From: Candidatus Levyibacteriota bacterium
Lineage (GTDB): Bacteria; Patescibacteriota; Microgenomatia; Levybacterales; UBA12049
Direction: 5' to 3'
Assembly (NCBI GenBank): GCA_052034235.1
Contig: JBPOIT010000005.1
Location: 113,698 to 177,697, forward strand
DNA length: 64,000 nucleotides
This document shows positions 28,763 through 38,961 of this stretch, one piece after another. The notes under the pieces were generated by a model. The model made no database searches, was not told where the DNA came from, and saw only the letters and a list, made by a program, of their open reading frames with translations. How positions within the stretch are numbered: the first letter of the stretch is position 1; the number at the start of each line of letters is the position of its first letter. A program made the translations under genes and the position numbers.

Positions 28763-31207
28763 TTAAAGCTTTTCAAACACTGTGAATTCATCCTTTTGGA
28801 CAACAAGACGATATTTCGTATCAGCTGAGAGTTTTTTTACAAGTTCTTCTTCCTTTGCAAAGGATGGACCTTTTTCGGAGTTTGTGAGGAGAAAAACTAC
28901 TATATCAGCCTGCTCAGCACCTGTCGGAAGAACATAAATATCACGTCTATTTGAAAGATGTGCGCCAACGTTATTACTTGCCGCAACTTTCTTATCTGCG
29001 GGAATTGCAGCGAGAGTTCTATCTATCAATTCTCTATTTTTCTCGTGTTTGGTAAACATATCAAGATTAGGCTCTTTCGCACCAGGAAGCGGTCCATAGA
29101 GATATGCTGTGTTAACAGCGTTATAGAGAATGTAGAAAATTAACGCGACAAAAAGGGTTTTTCTCACAGTAATAAGTCGGAATCTCAAATGTGAATATCC
29201 GTAAGCTTTTGTAGCGAGTTTATTGATTACCCACATGCCGTAAATTGCAGCGATAAAAATGAAAGGTGTTATAGCAGCTGTGTACTGATAATAAATATAG
29301 TGAAGTTGTGCATTGTTACTCATGAGGTTAATCATGAGATCCGGACCCGCAAAAAGCAGCATCCAGGGAGCAAAGAGTGAGAGATATCCTAGTGGTGAGA
29401 AAAGCTGCCTGAGATACTTTGAGCGTTCTTCTTCCATAAAAAGCGCCAATACTTTATCTGGTGACAACACCATAGTTTTTATAACTTCTGCAGGCGAATC
29501 GCCAAAGTCAGCATAATAATTGAGTGCAAAATGAGACGTCGAACCAAGTGATTGCGGAATAGCATAGGACACCAAAAAGTAAAACATGCCGACAGAAACG
29601 AAAAACATCAAACTGCCGAAAATCCATTTTTTGTGATGTGCCATAAGAAATACACCAAAAATAGCCGTGATCGCCCAAATTTGTTCTTTACAAAAAGCCG
29701 CAAGAAGCGCAAATGTCACAAACCACACATATCGTTTTTGAAGGTAAAAATAAAATGTCCCCAACAGAAGTGCCGTTGCAAGTGCTGGTGCATGGAAATC
29801 ATAAATATTTACACGCTGCACGCTTGGATTAAGAAGATAAGCAAAGGCAAGTATTACACCTAACAATTGATGATTGAGCACCTTTTTTGTGATTAGAAAA
29901 ATAAAGTACGCACCTGCTGCAACAACGACAGTCTGAATCAACAAAATCATTCGTGGATCGGGCCAAACCCAATAAAATGGCGCTAGTAACACAAGAATGA
30001 AATCGGCATGAAAGGCAAGCCGGGAAACTTCATTGGTACTGTCTGGGTTGGTAAACTGAAAAATATTGCCCCGGGACGAATTCCAAACCGTTTGGGCCAT
30101 ATTGCCAAGATCAAACCTCCCCGCATAGAAATGATCGTATCTCAGAAAACTAACTGTTGCAAAGTAAATTGTATAAATACCTGCAAGCACAATCACAAAC
30201 GATTCGTAAGGATGCGCTGCAATCCATTTTTCTATTTTTTTAAGAGCTGGAATTTTTGCATTTAGCCAGACAAAACTGACACCAATAAACAACAACTCAG
30301 TTACAATACTCATTACCCTACTAAAAAGCGCGGCAAAAGCCCCAGCACCTGTCGTTAAAATAGTACTGAGTGAATAAATAAGGATTCCTTCTCTCACACC
30401 AAATCCTGCAGGAGTAACGATTGATAAAAATCCTGTCAAAAACGCAAAGACAAAAACACCAATAAGTTGAGAAACCAACCGAGGGTCAAGGAAAAAGATA
30501 GCACTGATAATAAAGTAATTACCCAAGCCAAAAAAGAAGAGTGCAAATGTACTAATTGTGATGAGCAATATATTTTCCTGCGGATGAAATTGCGGCAAAA
30601 GTATTTTAATACCATTTTTTCTAAGAATATGAAGTACGCTGCCTCCTGGATCTACCTGTGCTGTAAGTGATTTTTTGCCGGCAAATAGTGCTTGGTTGAA
30701 AACATAAATGAGTACACCAATTGTGACAATGAAGATAGCACCCCAACCAACAAGAGATGTAAATCCTCGGAGAAGAAATGGCAACGCTAAAAGTGAAACT
30801 ATAACACACCCAATGACAAAGAGTTCTACCTCAATCAACATTCCTTTAACAATGTCTTTTTTCTCAACATTTTTTTTGCTAAAAACGACAGCTCTGCCTA
30901 AAAATGCCCATACTTTCCCAGGAATGTAACGTTTCAGTTCAGACATACCCCAGAGATAGCTTGTCTCTCGAAGCGAAATTTCATAACCAAATCCTTTAAG
31001 AATACGTTGCCAAATAAAAGTCCTGAGGAAATAGTACAAAAGCAGACAGATTACGCCATAGAAAAATAATGTCGGGTTTAGCGTTTGAATACGTGGCAAA
31101 ATCGTCGGAGCTTGATCGTAAATGATTTTTCCGATAAAAAGAAATGCAATAACAGAAAGCGGCCACCCGACCGCAAATTTAAGAAATGAATACAGCCGAG
31201 TCTTCAT
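28763..31207 (-). CDS. Fusion: LPG-synthase-TM/flippase-like domain + DUF2079 GT-C-like domain
   Basis: N-half RYIPGKVW, TPAGFGVREG; C-half FDLGNMAQ, HADFIL, DFHAP, CKEQ, YQYTA. Confidence 0.78.
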   Translation of the reverse strand: MKTRLYSFLKFAVGWPLSVIAFLFIGKIIYDQAPTILPRIQTLNPTLFFYGVICLLLYYFLRTFIWQRILKGFGYEISLRETSYLWGMSELKRYIPGKVWAFLGRAVVFSKKNVEKKDIVKGMLIEVELFVIGCVIVSLLALPFLLRGFTSLVGWGAIFIVTIGVLIYVFNQALFAGKKSLTAQVDPGGSVLHILRKNGIKILLPQFHPQENILLITISTFALFFFGLGNYFIISAIFFLDPRLVSQLIGVFVFAFLTGFLSIVTPAGFGVREGILIYSLSTILTTGAGAFAALFSRVMSIVTELLFIGVSFVWLNAKIPALKKIEKWIAAHPYESFVIVLAGIYTIYFATVSFLRYDHFYAGRFDLGNMAQTVWNSSRGNIFQFTNPDSTNEVSRLAFHADFILVLLAPFYWVWPDPRMILLIQTVVVAAGAYFIFLITKKVLNHQLLGVILAFAYLLNPSVQRVNIYDFHAPALATALLLGTFYFYLQKRYVWFVTFALLAAFCKEQIWAITAIFGVFLMAHHKKWIFGSLMFFVSVGMFYFLVSYAIPQSLGSTSHFALNYYADFGDSPAEVIKTMVLSPDKVLALFMEEERSKYLRQLFSPLGYLSLFAPWMLLFAGPDLMINLMSNNAQLHYIYYQYTAAITPFIFIAAIYGMWVINKLATKAYGYSHLRFRLITVRKTLFVALIFYILYNAVNTAYLYGPLPGAKEPNLDMFTKHEKNRELIDRTLAAIPADKKVAASNNVGAHLSNRRDIYVLPTGAEQADIVVFLLTNSEKGPSFAKEEELVKKLSADTKYRLVVQKDEFTVFEKL

Positions 31208-31251
31208 TGGTGTATTGTATCTGTTTAGAAGGAATTTGTAAATTTAAAACC

Positions 31252-31896
31252 TTAGTTTGCTGATCCTGAACTATTTGGATCCGGGACAAGTACTGTTCCC
31301 TTACCTTCATAGGTGAATTTACGAGTTAACGTCCTCTCTTCTGACGTTGTAATGCTTTTAACACGAAGTTCAAATGATACTTGACCTTGTGGCAGATTAT
31401 AGAGTGCAACTGAGCGATCGTCATACCCAGACCAATTTCCGCCATTTATACTGTAAGACCAAGCAGCACCACAATATTCACTGTCATCATAGGCTATAGA
31501 GATAATCACTGGATTATCTGCTACTTTATCACTCTCTCCTGGCGTTGCAATACTAACAGGACCTATACCTTCTTTACAGGTTGCATCATCTTTTGGAGTA
31601 CTTGGTGTAATTATACTTTTCGGTTCAATAGGTGCTGCGAAGAAACCTCTACGCTGAGTATTATTAACTTCAGGTGTCGGGGTAGGTGTGGCATTAATTT
31701 TGGTTAAAGAGTTAATATTGAGAATACTAAGCGTTATCAGAACAGGAATACTTAAAATAGCTGTGACTAATTCAAAATAAGGTTTTTTCTGTACTATTTT
31801 TTTTGAAAGAGATTTTTTCTTACCTACTTTGCCGACCACTTTTTTGGTGGCTTTCTTGATTGGTTTTTTTGAAATGGGGTGGACAGATTTGGGCAT
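31252..31896 (-). CDS. Membrane-anchored protein with C-terminal Y_Y_Y/Ig-like domain
   Basis: Basic N-terminus, one TM, P/T linker, YSINGGNWS...YNLPQGQVSFELRVK. Confidence 0.6.
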   Translation of the reverse strand: MPKSVHPISKKPIKKATKKVVGKVGKKKSLSKKIVQKKPYFELVTAILSIPVLITLSILNINSLTKINATPTPTPEVNNTQRRGFFAAPIEPKSIITPSTPKDDATCKEGIGPVSIATPGESDKVADNPVIISIAYDDSEYCGAAWSYSINGGNWSGYDDRSVALYNLPQGQVSFELRVKSITTSEERTLTRKFTYEGKGTVLVPDPNSSGSAN

Positions 31897-31959
31897 AAGA
31901 AATTATTGTTACTTACTTCATTGTAGAAAAGATCTTCTCTGTTTGTAAATAGATCAAGG

Positions 31960-33171
31960 TTACTCATACCTCAACGCTTCAATCGGCTGCATCTTGGCAG
32001 CTTTGCGAGCAGGATAATAACCAAAGGCAATCCCAACTGCTGCTGAAACACCAACCGCAATCAAAACAGCAGGGACACTGACAACAAATGGAATGTTAAC
32101 GGCTTGTGCAATAAGAAATGCTCCTCCAACACCAAGTAAAATGCCAATGATTCCGCCGCACACAGTCATAACAACTGATTCGATTAGAAATTGCATCATG
32201 ATATCTTTTTCTTTTGCACCAATCGCTTTTAACAAACCAATTTCTTTTGTACGCTCAGTGACTGAAACGAGCATAATATTCATAACCCCAACGCCGCCGA
32301 CAACAAGTGATATACCTGAAATCGCTGCAATCATCGTCGTGAGAAGCCCTGTAATTGTTTGTACCGTTGTAAGGATGTCTTGTGCACTAGTAATCTGAAA
32401 ATCATCCTTATCATCCTCTTCGATGCTGTGTCGATCACGAAGCAGCACTTTCACATCTTCCATAGTTTGTTCAATTTGCTCTTCGTTATGCACACTGACA
32501 TCGATTTCCTGAATAATATCACTGCCCGAAAATTCATTAAAGACAATTTCAATCGGCATATAAATTGATTGGTTTAATCTATTTCCGGCAAGCGCGCTAT
32601 CAGATTTGGTCACACCAATAACCCGAAAAGGGGTATTGTCTATACGTATCCGGTCGCCAACCGGATCTGTATCTTTGCCGAAAAATGTTTCGGCAACTTC
32701 TGAGCCAAGTACAACGACGCGCTCTGAAGTTAATTCTTCTTCTGTGCTTATAAATGTCCCATAAAGAAGTTCTATTCTAAAAATATCAAGCATTTCAGGG
32801 GTTATGCCATAAATAGTGATACTTTCTTCCTCTTCGTTGGCAGATACTTTTTTTGTTGTCAGTGCTATTGGAGCAACAAGATTAACGTTGGTTAAAGATG
32901 TATCAGTTTTGATCGCTTCCACATCATCCAAGGTCAATGTGTTTGATCCGGCAACCGAACTAAAGATACTTTCTCCAGGGTTAATCTGGAAATAATCAGT
33001 CCCAAAACTTGAAAGCTCGTCTGTTATAAATTTGACTGCTCCTTGTCCCAAAGACACAATCAGAATAACTGAAGTGATACCGATAATAATCCCCAACGTT
33101 GTCAGTGCTGTACGCATGACATTGTTTCTGAGGGTTTGCAGTGCTGTTTTAACAATTTCTAAATAATCCAT
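31960..33171 (-). CDS. MacB/FtsX-type ABC permease
   Basis: RTALTTLGIIIG, GGVGVMNIMLVSVTERTKEIG, PIEALRYE. Confidence 0.93.
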   Translation of the reverse strand: MDYLEIVKTALQTLRNNVMRTALTTLGIIIGITSVILIVSLGQGAVKFITDELSSFGTDYFQINPGESIFSSVAGSNTLTLDDVEAIKTDTSLTNVNLVAPIALTTKKVSANEEEESITIYGITPEMLDIFRIELLYGTFISTEEELTSERVVVLGSEVAETFFGKDTDPVGDRIRIDNTPFRVIGVTKSDSALAGNRLNQSIYMPIEIVFNEFSGSDIIQEIDVSVHNEEQIEQTMEDVKVLLRDRHSIEEDDKDDFQITSAQDILTTVQTITGLLTTMIAAISGISLVVGGVGVMNIMLVSVTERTKEIGLLKAIGAKEKDIMMQFLIESVVMTVCGGIIGILLGVGGAFLIAQAVNIPFVVSVPAVLIAVGVSAAVGIAFGYYPARKAAKMQPIEALRYE

Positions 33172-33172
33172 A

Positions 33173-33865
33173 TTATTTTTTCTTATCTACCTTTATTGTA
33201 CCGTCCACCAAACGTATCACTCTTCTCGCGTATTTGGCTATATCTTCTTCATGAGTAATGATTATGATTGTTTTCCCCTCTTTATTTAAACGTCTAAAAT
33301 ATTCCATGATTTCATAGGAAGTTTTTGTATCAAGATTTCCGGTTGGTTCATCTGCTAGGATAATCGCAGGATCCATCACAATTGCCCGTGCTATTGCAAC
33401 ACGTTGTATCTGACCACCTGAAATTTTATTCGAAAGGTTATTGGCCTTGCTTGCTATTTGAACAAGTTCTAAAGCTGCCATCGCTCGCTTCTCACGTTCT
33501 TCTTTTGGAACCCCACCGTATATCATTGGTCGCTCAACATTTTTTAAAACGGAAGTTCTTGAAAGTAAATTAAATGATTGAAACACAAAACCTATTTCTT
33601 TGTTTCGAATTTCAGCAAGCTGATCACTTGTGTAACTGGAAATATTTTTTCCCTTAAGAAGATATTTCCCGGTTGTCGGCGTATCAAGAGCTCCGAGTAT
33701 ATGCATCATGGTTGATTTGCCGCTTCCTGACGGACCCATAATCGCCACAAATTCTCCCTGATTTATAGTAAGTGAGATACCGTTAAGTGCTTGATAGAAC
33801 TCACCTTCTGCTAGGGGATACTGTTTTGTAACATTCTCGAGTTTAATAAGGGGAACATTCGCCAT
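33173..33865 (-). CDS. MacB/LolD-type ABC ATPase
   Basis: [31 protein letters not shown]. Confidence 0.93.
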   Translation of the reverse strand: MANVPLIKLENVTKQYPLAEGEFYQALNGISLTINQGEFVAIMGPSGSGKSTMMHILGALDTPTTGKYLLKGKNISSYTSDQLAEIRNKEIGFVFQSFNLLSRTSVLKNVERPMIYGGVPKEEREKRAMAALELVQIASKANNLSNKISGGQIQRVAIARAIVMDPAIILADEPTGNLDTKTSYEIMEYFRRLNKEGKTIIIITHEEDIAKYARRVIRLVDGTIKVDKKK

Positions 33866-33867
33866 GA

Positions 33868-35163
33868 TTAGAAAAACCCTGACTGTTTCTTCACTTGTTC
33901 GTTTGAAAGCGCGGTAACAATCTCCTGACCTTCTGAAATGCCTTTTATAATTTGCGTCTTACTTTCACCTTTTATGCCGATTTGAACAGGGATATACTGC
34001 AGCTCTTTTGTTTTTGGATCAATAACTCTGACTGCTCTCCCACCTTTGTAAGGTTTTACTGCACTATTTGGAACAGATAGGACGTCATTTGCCTTATCAA
34101 CTTCGATATCAACATCAGCCGTCATGCCGGGTTTAATTCCACTGTCTGCATCATGAATGGACACAACGACATTGTAGGTAATAACATCCTGCGTATTTGT
34201 TCCAACCGCATCAACATGCGTAACAGAACCGTTGTACTTTTTACCAGCAAATGCATCAAGTACTATCGTTGCATGTTGTCCTTGTTTTACTTTGGGGATA
34301 TCAACTTCGTTAAGTGCAAGTTTTATGGAATAATCTGAAGACAAATTAGCAATCGTCAAAACTGGTGTACTTGCTGTTGCGCCCAAACCAAGAGTTGCGC
34401 TTGCTGAGAGTGCTGAGCTGCCGCCAGCTGTGACATTATCACCAATTGCCGTCGAAAGATTTGCAATTGTTCCTGTGGTTGGAGCTTTAACAACTGCGTT
34501 TTTTGTAGCCTGATATGCAAGCCAGGTTGCTGTTACTTGTGCTTTTGCAGCTACGACTGAAACGTCTGCTTCTTTATATGCTGTTTCTGCTGCTGTAAAA
34601 TCTTTTTCTGTTTGAACTGCTGACGCATCGACTGATTGCTCTTCAAGATCTTCATAATCATCTTTATGATCATCTTTTACTCGTTTTGCTTCCTTCGCAT
34701 TTAGTCGTAACTTCTGAGCACTCCACATAGCAGAATCCGCAGAGAGTTTCCCCTGTTCAGCTTTTTTCTGTGCGCTCAGCGCACTTTGATAGGAAGCATT
34801 CGCCGTTGCCTGTTCCTGCTCTGTTGCTGTACTTCTCACCTTAAAAAGTTGCTGGTTAAGTTCAACTGCGTCGCCATTTTGTACATAAAGTTCTTCGATA
34901 ACGCCAGTGGCAGTTGATGAAACATCAACCCGACCACCTGTACTGACATTACCAGTTTCAGAGACTAGTTGGACGATATCTTCTACTTTTGCAGCCTGTG
35001 TTTCGTAAGGAGGTTTAGCAGTAGCATTTTGAATTTGGGTTCCAATGATACTTCCGACGATAATAAGTGCAATGATTGCAAACACCTTATTGCGCCTACG
35101 AGTGCGCTTAAACCATCGAAAAGGCTTGAGGAGCAAATGAAAAATACGTATCAGAAAGGACAT
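33868..35163 (-). CDS. MacA-like membrane-fusion/adaptor subunit
   Basis: TM, lipoyl halves (GVIEELYVQNGD; VKAPTTGTI), coiled coil, KPGMTADV. Confidence 0.88.
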   Translation of the reverse strand: MSFLIRIFHLLLKPFRWFKRTRRRNKVFAIIALIIVGSIIGTQIQNATAKPPYETQAAKVEDIVQLVSETGNVSTGGRVDVSSTATGVIEELYVQNGDAVELNQQLFKVRSTATEQEQATANASYQSALSAQKKAEQGKLSADSAMWSAQKLRLNAKEAKRVKDDHKDDYEDLEEQSVDASAVQTEKDFTAAETAYKEADVSVVAAKAQVTATWLAYQATKNAVVKAPTTGTIANLSTAIGDNVTAGGSSALSASATLGLGATASTPVLTIANLSSDYSIKLALNEVDIPKVKQGQHATIVLDAFAGKKYNGSVTHVDAVGTNTQDVITYNVVVSIHDADSGIKPGMTADVDIEVDKANDVLSVPNSAVKPYKGGRAVRVIDPKTKELQYIPVQIGIKGESKTQIIKGISEGQEIVTALSNEQVKKQSGFF

Positions 35164-35261
35164 ATGATTATTATAGCAGTCCTTTCAATAGATATAAATG
35201 ACATTTATCACAAAGTCATTTTTTGTGTTTTGCAGCCCAGTTTGTTAAAATGGCAATACTC

Positions 35262-35334
35262 GCACCTGTAGCTCAGCGGATAGAGCACTTGGCTTCGAAC
35301 CAAGGGGTCGGGGGTTCGAATCCCTCCAGGTGTA
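35262..35334 (+). tRNA. tRNA-Arg (TCG)
   Basis: Acceptor GCACCTG/CAGGTGT, anticodon arm CTTGG-CTTCGAA-CCAAG, GGTTCGAATCC; CCA not encoded. Confidence 0.95.
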
Positions 35335-35490
35335 CTATGCTCAAATCTACTCTTGTCATCTCAAGAAGCTAGAATTAGCATTGGGAAACAGGGACGATCA
35401 TATTAACTTTTTTCCGCCTGCAAGACGACTTTGCACTCCATGATTTTATCAGACTGAATCAATATTCACTAACCCCCGTCGAATCTGTCG

Positions 35491-35550
35491 TTGACAATCT
35501 TCAATAATATACTATATGATCTCGTTTTGTGTTGTCATAATATGACAACG
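35491..35550 (+). promoter_or_regulatory. Promoter plus palindromic operator upstream of radical SAM gene
   Basis: TTGACA 35491-35496, 18 bp, TATGAT; GTTGTCATA-A-TATGACAAC 35531-35549. Confidence 0.7.
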
Positions 35551-35604
35551 TATATCTATATAGTGCAAGACATATTGTTTTTTTCACGCTTTTACTATAA
35601 TTTT

Positions 35605-36987
35605 ATGACTAATAATTTAGAAATAAGTGCTTCAGCAGGTAAACAAATTTCGGGTACTTCTACTGGGAAACCAGGAGAAGTAATTCATCATAACCCAAAT
35701 TTGCTCCCAATAACTCAACGTATTCCTCAAATTGTCGCTGACGATGGATTGACTCCCCCACGAAGAGTCACTTATCAATACAATGATCTGTGTAATCTCG
35801 CTTGTGCTGGATGTTATGTTAGTGATTCGCTAAAAAAAGGCGGTAGAGTTTATGCAGAAAATAAAAAGAAAATAGTCTCCCCCGATCAATTTGAAGGTCA
35901 CCTGGATGCTTTAGGTCCAGGTATGGAGTCTTTTTACATGCTCGGAACTGAGGCAACAGTCACGCCGGACCAGTCGAGAAGGACTATGCAAACTGCTCGA
36001 GATCGTGGATTAGTGATATCAGCAGTCACAAATGCTGCCACTTTTCCTAGAAATTTTGATAGAACATTTAGTGTATTTGGACCTGAAGGACTCAGTAAAT
36101 TAGTTATTAGTGTCGATTCAGTTGACCCTGAAATTCATGACAAAATGAGAGGTAAAAAGGGTGCTCTAGCTGCTACTTTGGAGAATCTGGATAGATATGT
36201 TGGTGAAGGATATCAAATCAAAGCGCAAACAACAATTTTTGCCAGAAATTATGGTACAGTTCTCGAAACAGTGGAAACGTTATATGAAGAGCATGGCGTA
36301 AGGCGATTCGGATTTCATTGTGCATCACTTGAGGGTGTATCTGATGCAAAGCAAAAAGGTGTTGAACATGTAGATCCTTTAGCGTGGCGTGCTCTTTTTG
36401 ATCAATTAAACCAGTTTAAAGAAAGCCATACCAATCTTTCTGATCCTTCACAAAATATTACTGAAATTAATCTACCGTACATATATTTAACAGGACAGGA
36501 ATTGGAGACATACATCGGAGATCCTCAGCTTACAGATGAATATTTAGCACATCTTACAGAAGTCGAACGTGGTGTTGAAAAACCAATGCCATTTATTGCC
36601 TGTCCAAAAATCGCAACTGATGATCCATATATTTATGGTAATGATGGACCAAATGGTGTTGGTAGACTCGCACAATGTTGTATTCTTGCTGGCGGACATG
36701 AGAACATGCATCATGCCCAATATGACCCAGCTCAAAGAATATTTGTTGTAAATACTGATCCACAGACATCAGAGTTACACAAAATGAAAACATCTTCCTA
36801 TCTTTGTCCTGCGATGGACACAGCAACAGGAGGGCAAAAATCAGATAGAGTGATAACAGAAATCGGTGATTTATTCCATGTTTGCAGGTTTACGAGCAAT
36901 AATACATTACCCTATGCAGTCAATTCTGAAGTCGATTATGCAACACATTATGAAAGGTTTAGGATGCAATATAAGCTTGCCTCTTAA
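35605..36987 (+). CDS. Radical SAM enzyme with Cys-rich (SPASM/twitch-like) C-terminus
   Basis: CNLACAGC, GTEAT (GGEP-like), TNA, ISVDS...HDKMRG; later C, CC, CP, C residues. Confidence 0.87.
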   Translation: MTNNLEISASAGKQISGTSTGKPGEVIHHNPNLLPITQRIPQIVADDGLTPPRRVTYQYNDLCNLACAGCYVSDSLKKGGRVYAENKKKIVSPDQFEGHLDALGPGMESFYMLGTEATVTPDQSRRTMQTARDRGLVISAVTNAATFPRNFDRTFSVFGPEGLSKLVISVDSVDPEIHDKMRGKKGALAATLENLDRYVGEGYQIKAQTTIFARNYGTVLETVETLYEEHGVRRFGFHCASLEGVSDAKQKGVEHVDPLAWRALFDQLNQFKESHTNLSDPSQNITEINLPYIYLTGQELETYIGDPQLTDEYLAHLTEVERGVEKPMPFIACPKIATDDPYIYGNDGPNGVGRLAQCCILAGGHENMHHAQYDPAQRIFVVNTDPQTSELHKMKTSSYLCPAMDTATGGQKSDRVITEIGDLFHVCRFTSNNTLPYAVNSEVDYATHYERFRMQYKLAS

Positions 36988-37028
36988 ACCAAGATTAAGC
37001 ACTCATTATAAAGAAGCCTTTAGATTTA

Positions 37029-38066
37029 CTATTGTTGAAACACTCCGCGCATGAATACGGGGTCAGCTTTCAGAGAACTTACATCTGTGCTCAATGCATA
37101 CACCGTCTGTTCTGGAACTCGATTAGATAATGTCGGCTCAAAAGGAGGCATGCTGCTTAATTTCCCATCAACAAACCTTCCTAGCCTTTCAGTATTAAGA
37201 TCGAGCGGATTGGTTGCTCTTGCTTTACATTTCATTTCTTCTTTATGATCTTCAAAAGGAAAACCATAAGTTCCCAGAATTAATGCAGAATCGAACGGTA
37301 ACTCGATAACATCATGCAGCGGAGATCCTATTTTTAAATCCGGATAGTTTACAGAAAAATAAGTAGCCATTCGTGCAATTTGTGTCGGTGATTGTTCAGG
37401 CCACAGTTGTCTTGCCTGGTTATCGGTATACCCCATAGCAACAACTCCTGCACCTAACTGACGAGCAGCCTGTGCGAGTGATTCTTCCATACCTATTTTA
37501 CATGATGAACAAAAACCAGGGTATCCTAATTGTTGCTCATCCGCTCTGGCAGGTTCTATTATAAATCCTTTATTTCTGGGTGAGAGATCCATATAATAAT
37601 GATCAGTTTCTGGATCAAATGTCTCTGATTGAAGTACGTTAGCAATTTTTCTCGCTTGTCTACGAGGAGCCTCAAGTTCATCACTAAAACCTGGTAAAGC
37701 GGTAACTAAATATGCTTTTCTGTCTGGCTGATCCCTGAAGAGATCAAGCGTTAAGGCAGCTATCGATGATGAATCTCTTCCTCCCGAAAAAGGAATCAAA
37801 ACTGCAGAAGTTTGTCCGTAAAATAATCCTAGCCGATCTAATGAACGTCTCTGTAAATCTCTGGCTCGTGCCGCCAATGCATCAGGGGATTGGACTAACG
37901 ATAGTGTGGCATCAACAATATCCTGTGGTAAATTTTTTGCTCTTATCTCATCTGCGTACGAGGGACTGCCTAGATGGGTTATTGTCCTGTTTAATTCAGT
38001 ATAACCTGTGTTTCTAACCAGAGAGCTATCTACTCCTTGAGATAATGGTATAAATTGTTCTGTCAT
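37029..38066 (-). CDS. PP-loop (adenine nucleotide alpha hydrolase; QueC/TtcA-like) protein
   Basis: FSGGRDSS PP-loop, FCSSCK, MGY..Q..WPEQ, MKC. Confidence 0.78.
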   Translation of the reverse strand: MTEQFIPLSQGVDSSLVRNTGYTELNRTITHLGSPSYADEIRAKNLPQDIVDATLSLVQSPDALAARARDLQRRSLDRLGLFYGQTSAVLIPFSGGRDSSSIAALTLDLFRDQPDRKAYLVTALPGFSDELEAPRRQARKIANVLQSETFDPETDHYYMDLSPRNKGFIIEPARADEQQLGYPGFCSSCKIGMEESLAQAARQLGAGVVAMGYTDNQARQLWPEQSPTQIARMATYFSVNYPDLKIGSPLHDVIELPFDSALILGTYGFPFEDHKEEMKCKARATNPLDLNTERLGRFVDGKLSSMPPFEPTLSNRVPEQTVYALSTDVSSLKADPVFMRGVFQQ

Positions 38067-38070
38067 TATA

Positions 38071-38103
38071 TGTTGTCGTTAAATGACAACATGGATTATA
38101 GCA
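38071..38103 (-). promoter_or_regulatory. Extended -10 plus palindromic operator upstream of PP-loop gene
   Basis: Minus-strand TGCTATAAT (38103-38095); TGTTGTC-GTTAAAT-GACAACA 38071-38091 between -10 and ATG 38066. Confidence 0.72.
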
Positions 38104-38129
38104 TATATATATATGCGCTATATGGAGTA

Positions 38130-38849
38130 TTATTGTAGTGCTAGGGAGTAGATTTTGTAACCGTCGTCTAGGAGGACGGTTAGGCAGTCTCCAACTTTCG
38201 TGGTTGTGGCATTGGGAACTCCTTGGAATAAGAATGATGAAATGAGAATGCCTTGGCCGCTTTTATCGCCTGTGAAACTGATATGCCATGATGAATCATT
38301 TTTTTCAACAAGTTTGCCGTAAATTTGTTTGATTTTACCTGAGGATTTGGTGATTGATGATGGCGGGAGATAGACTGTCGCTCCAACCACAAATGGACCA
38401 ACACCATTAAGCTGCATTAATTCATTTACACGTGTTTCATCTTTTAATTCGTCCCGAGCGATACTTTGGAGTGAATCATTTGGTTTGAGTACATAAGGTT
38501 TGAGATATTCCCATTTTTGTGCAAAGCCAGTTTTGCTGCAAACACTGTCAGTTGTCGTACTACTACTGAATGCAGGCCCAATCGGTGCGATTGTAGGCGC
38601 TGTAGCTGTTTCCGTTTGTTCCGCAACCGCAATCGGCTCAGGAGTTGTAATTGAATCCTGAACGTTAGCGATTTGATTGGTTTGAGCATTTAATACTTTT
38701 GCCTGGGATTCAGTTTGTTTTGTTACACTTTCTTTCCCAAACCCATACCCAACAAACCCAGTGAAAATTATAGAAAAAACCCACAGAAATCCGATGAGTA
38801 ATTTTAAATTTGCAGAAGCCTGCGAAGAAGAATCAACACTTTCGTTCAT
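38130..38849 (-). CDS. Membrane-anchored LysM-domain protein
   Basis: TM, T/P linker, YVLKPNDSLQSIA...LMQLNG...VGATVYLP. Confidence 0.8.
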   Translation of the reverse strand: MNESVDSSSQASANLKLLIGFLWVFSIIFTGFVGYGFGKESVTKQTESQAKVLNAQTNQIANVQDSITTPEPIAVAEQTETATAPTIAPIGPAFSSSTTTDSVCSKTGFAQKWEYLKPYVLKPNDSLQSIARDELKDETRVNELMQLNGVGPFVVGATVYLPPSSITKSSGKIKQIYGKLVEKNDSSWHISFTGDKSGQGILISSFLFQGVPNATTTKVGDCLTVLLDDGYKIYSLALQ

Positions 38850-38961
38850 AGTTTACAGTATTACGCGAAGTCAAAAAAATGTCAATGGATGATCAAAAAA
38901 CGGAATCTGGAGCAAAATACTCTTAATACATATTTGAGGAGGAGACTATTACTTGAATTTA

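Noticed and set aside
35605-36987. Calling the radical SAM protein QueE, QueL or viperin
   Set aside because: Length, long Cys-rich C-terminus and motif context do not match these families well enough to assign by eye
35530-38091. Palindromes as tyrosine-recombinase crossover sites of an excisable or invertible cassette
   Set aside because: The 7-bp spacers differ in both orientations and no recombinase is nearby; position relative to promoters fits operators better
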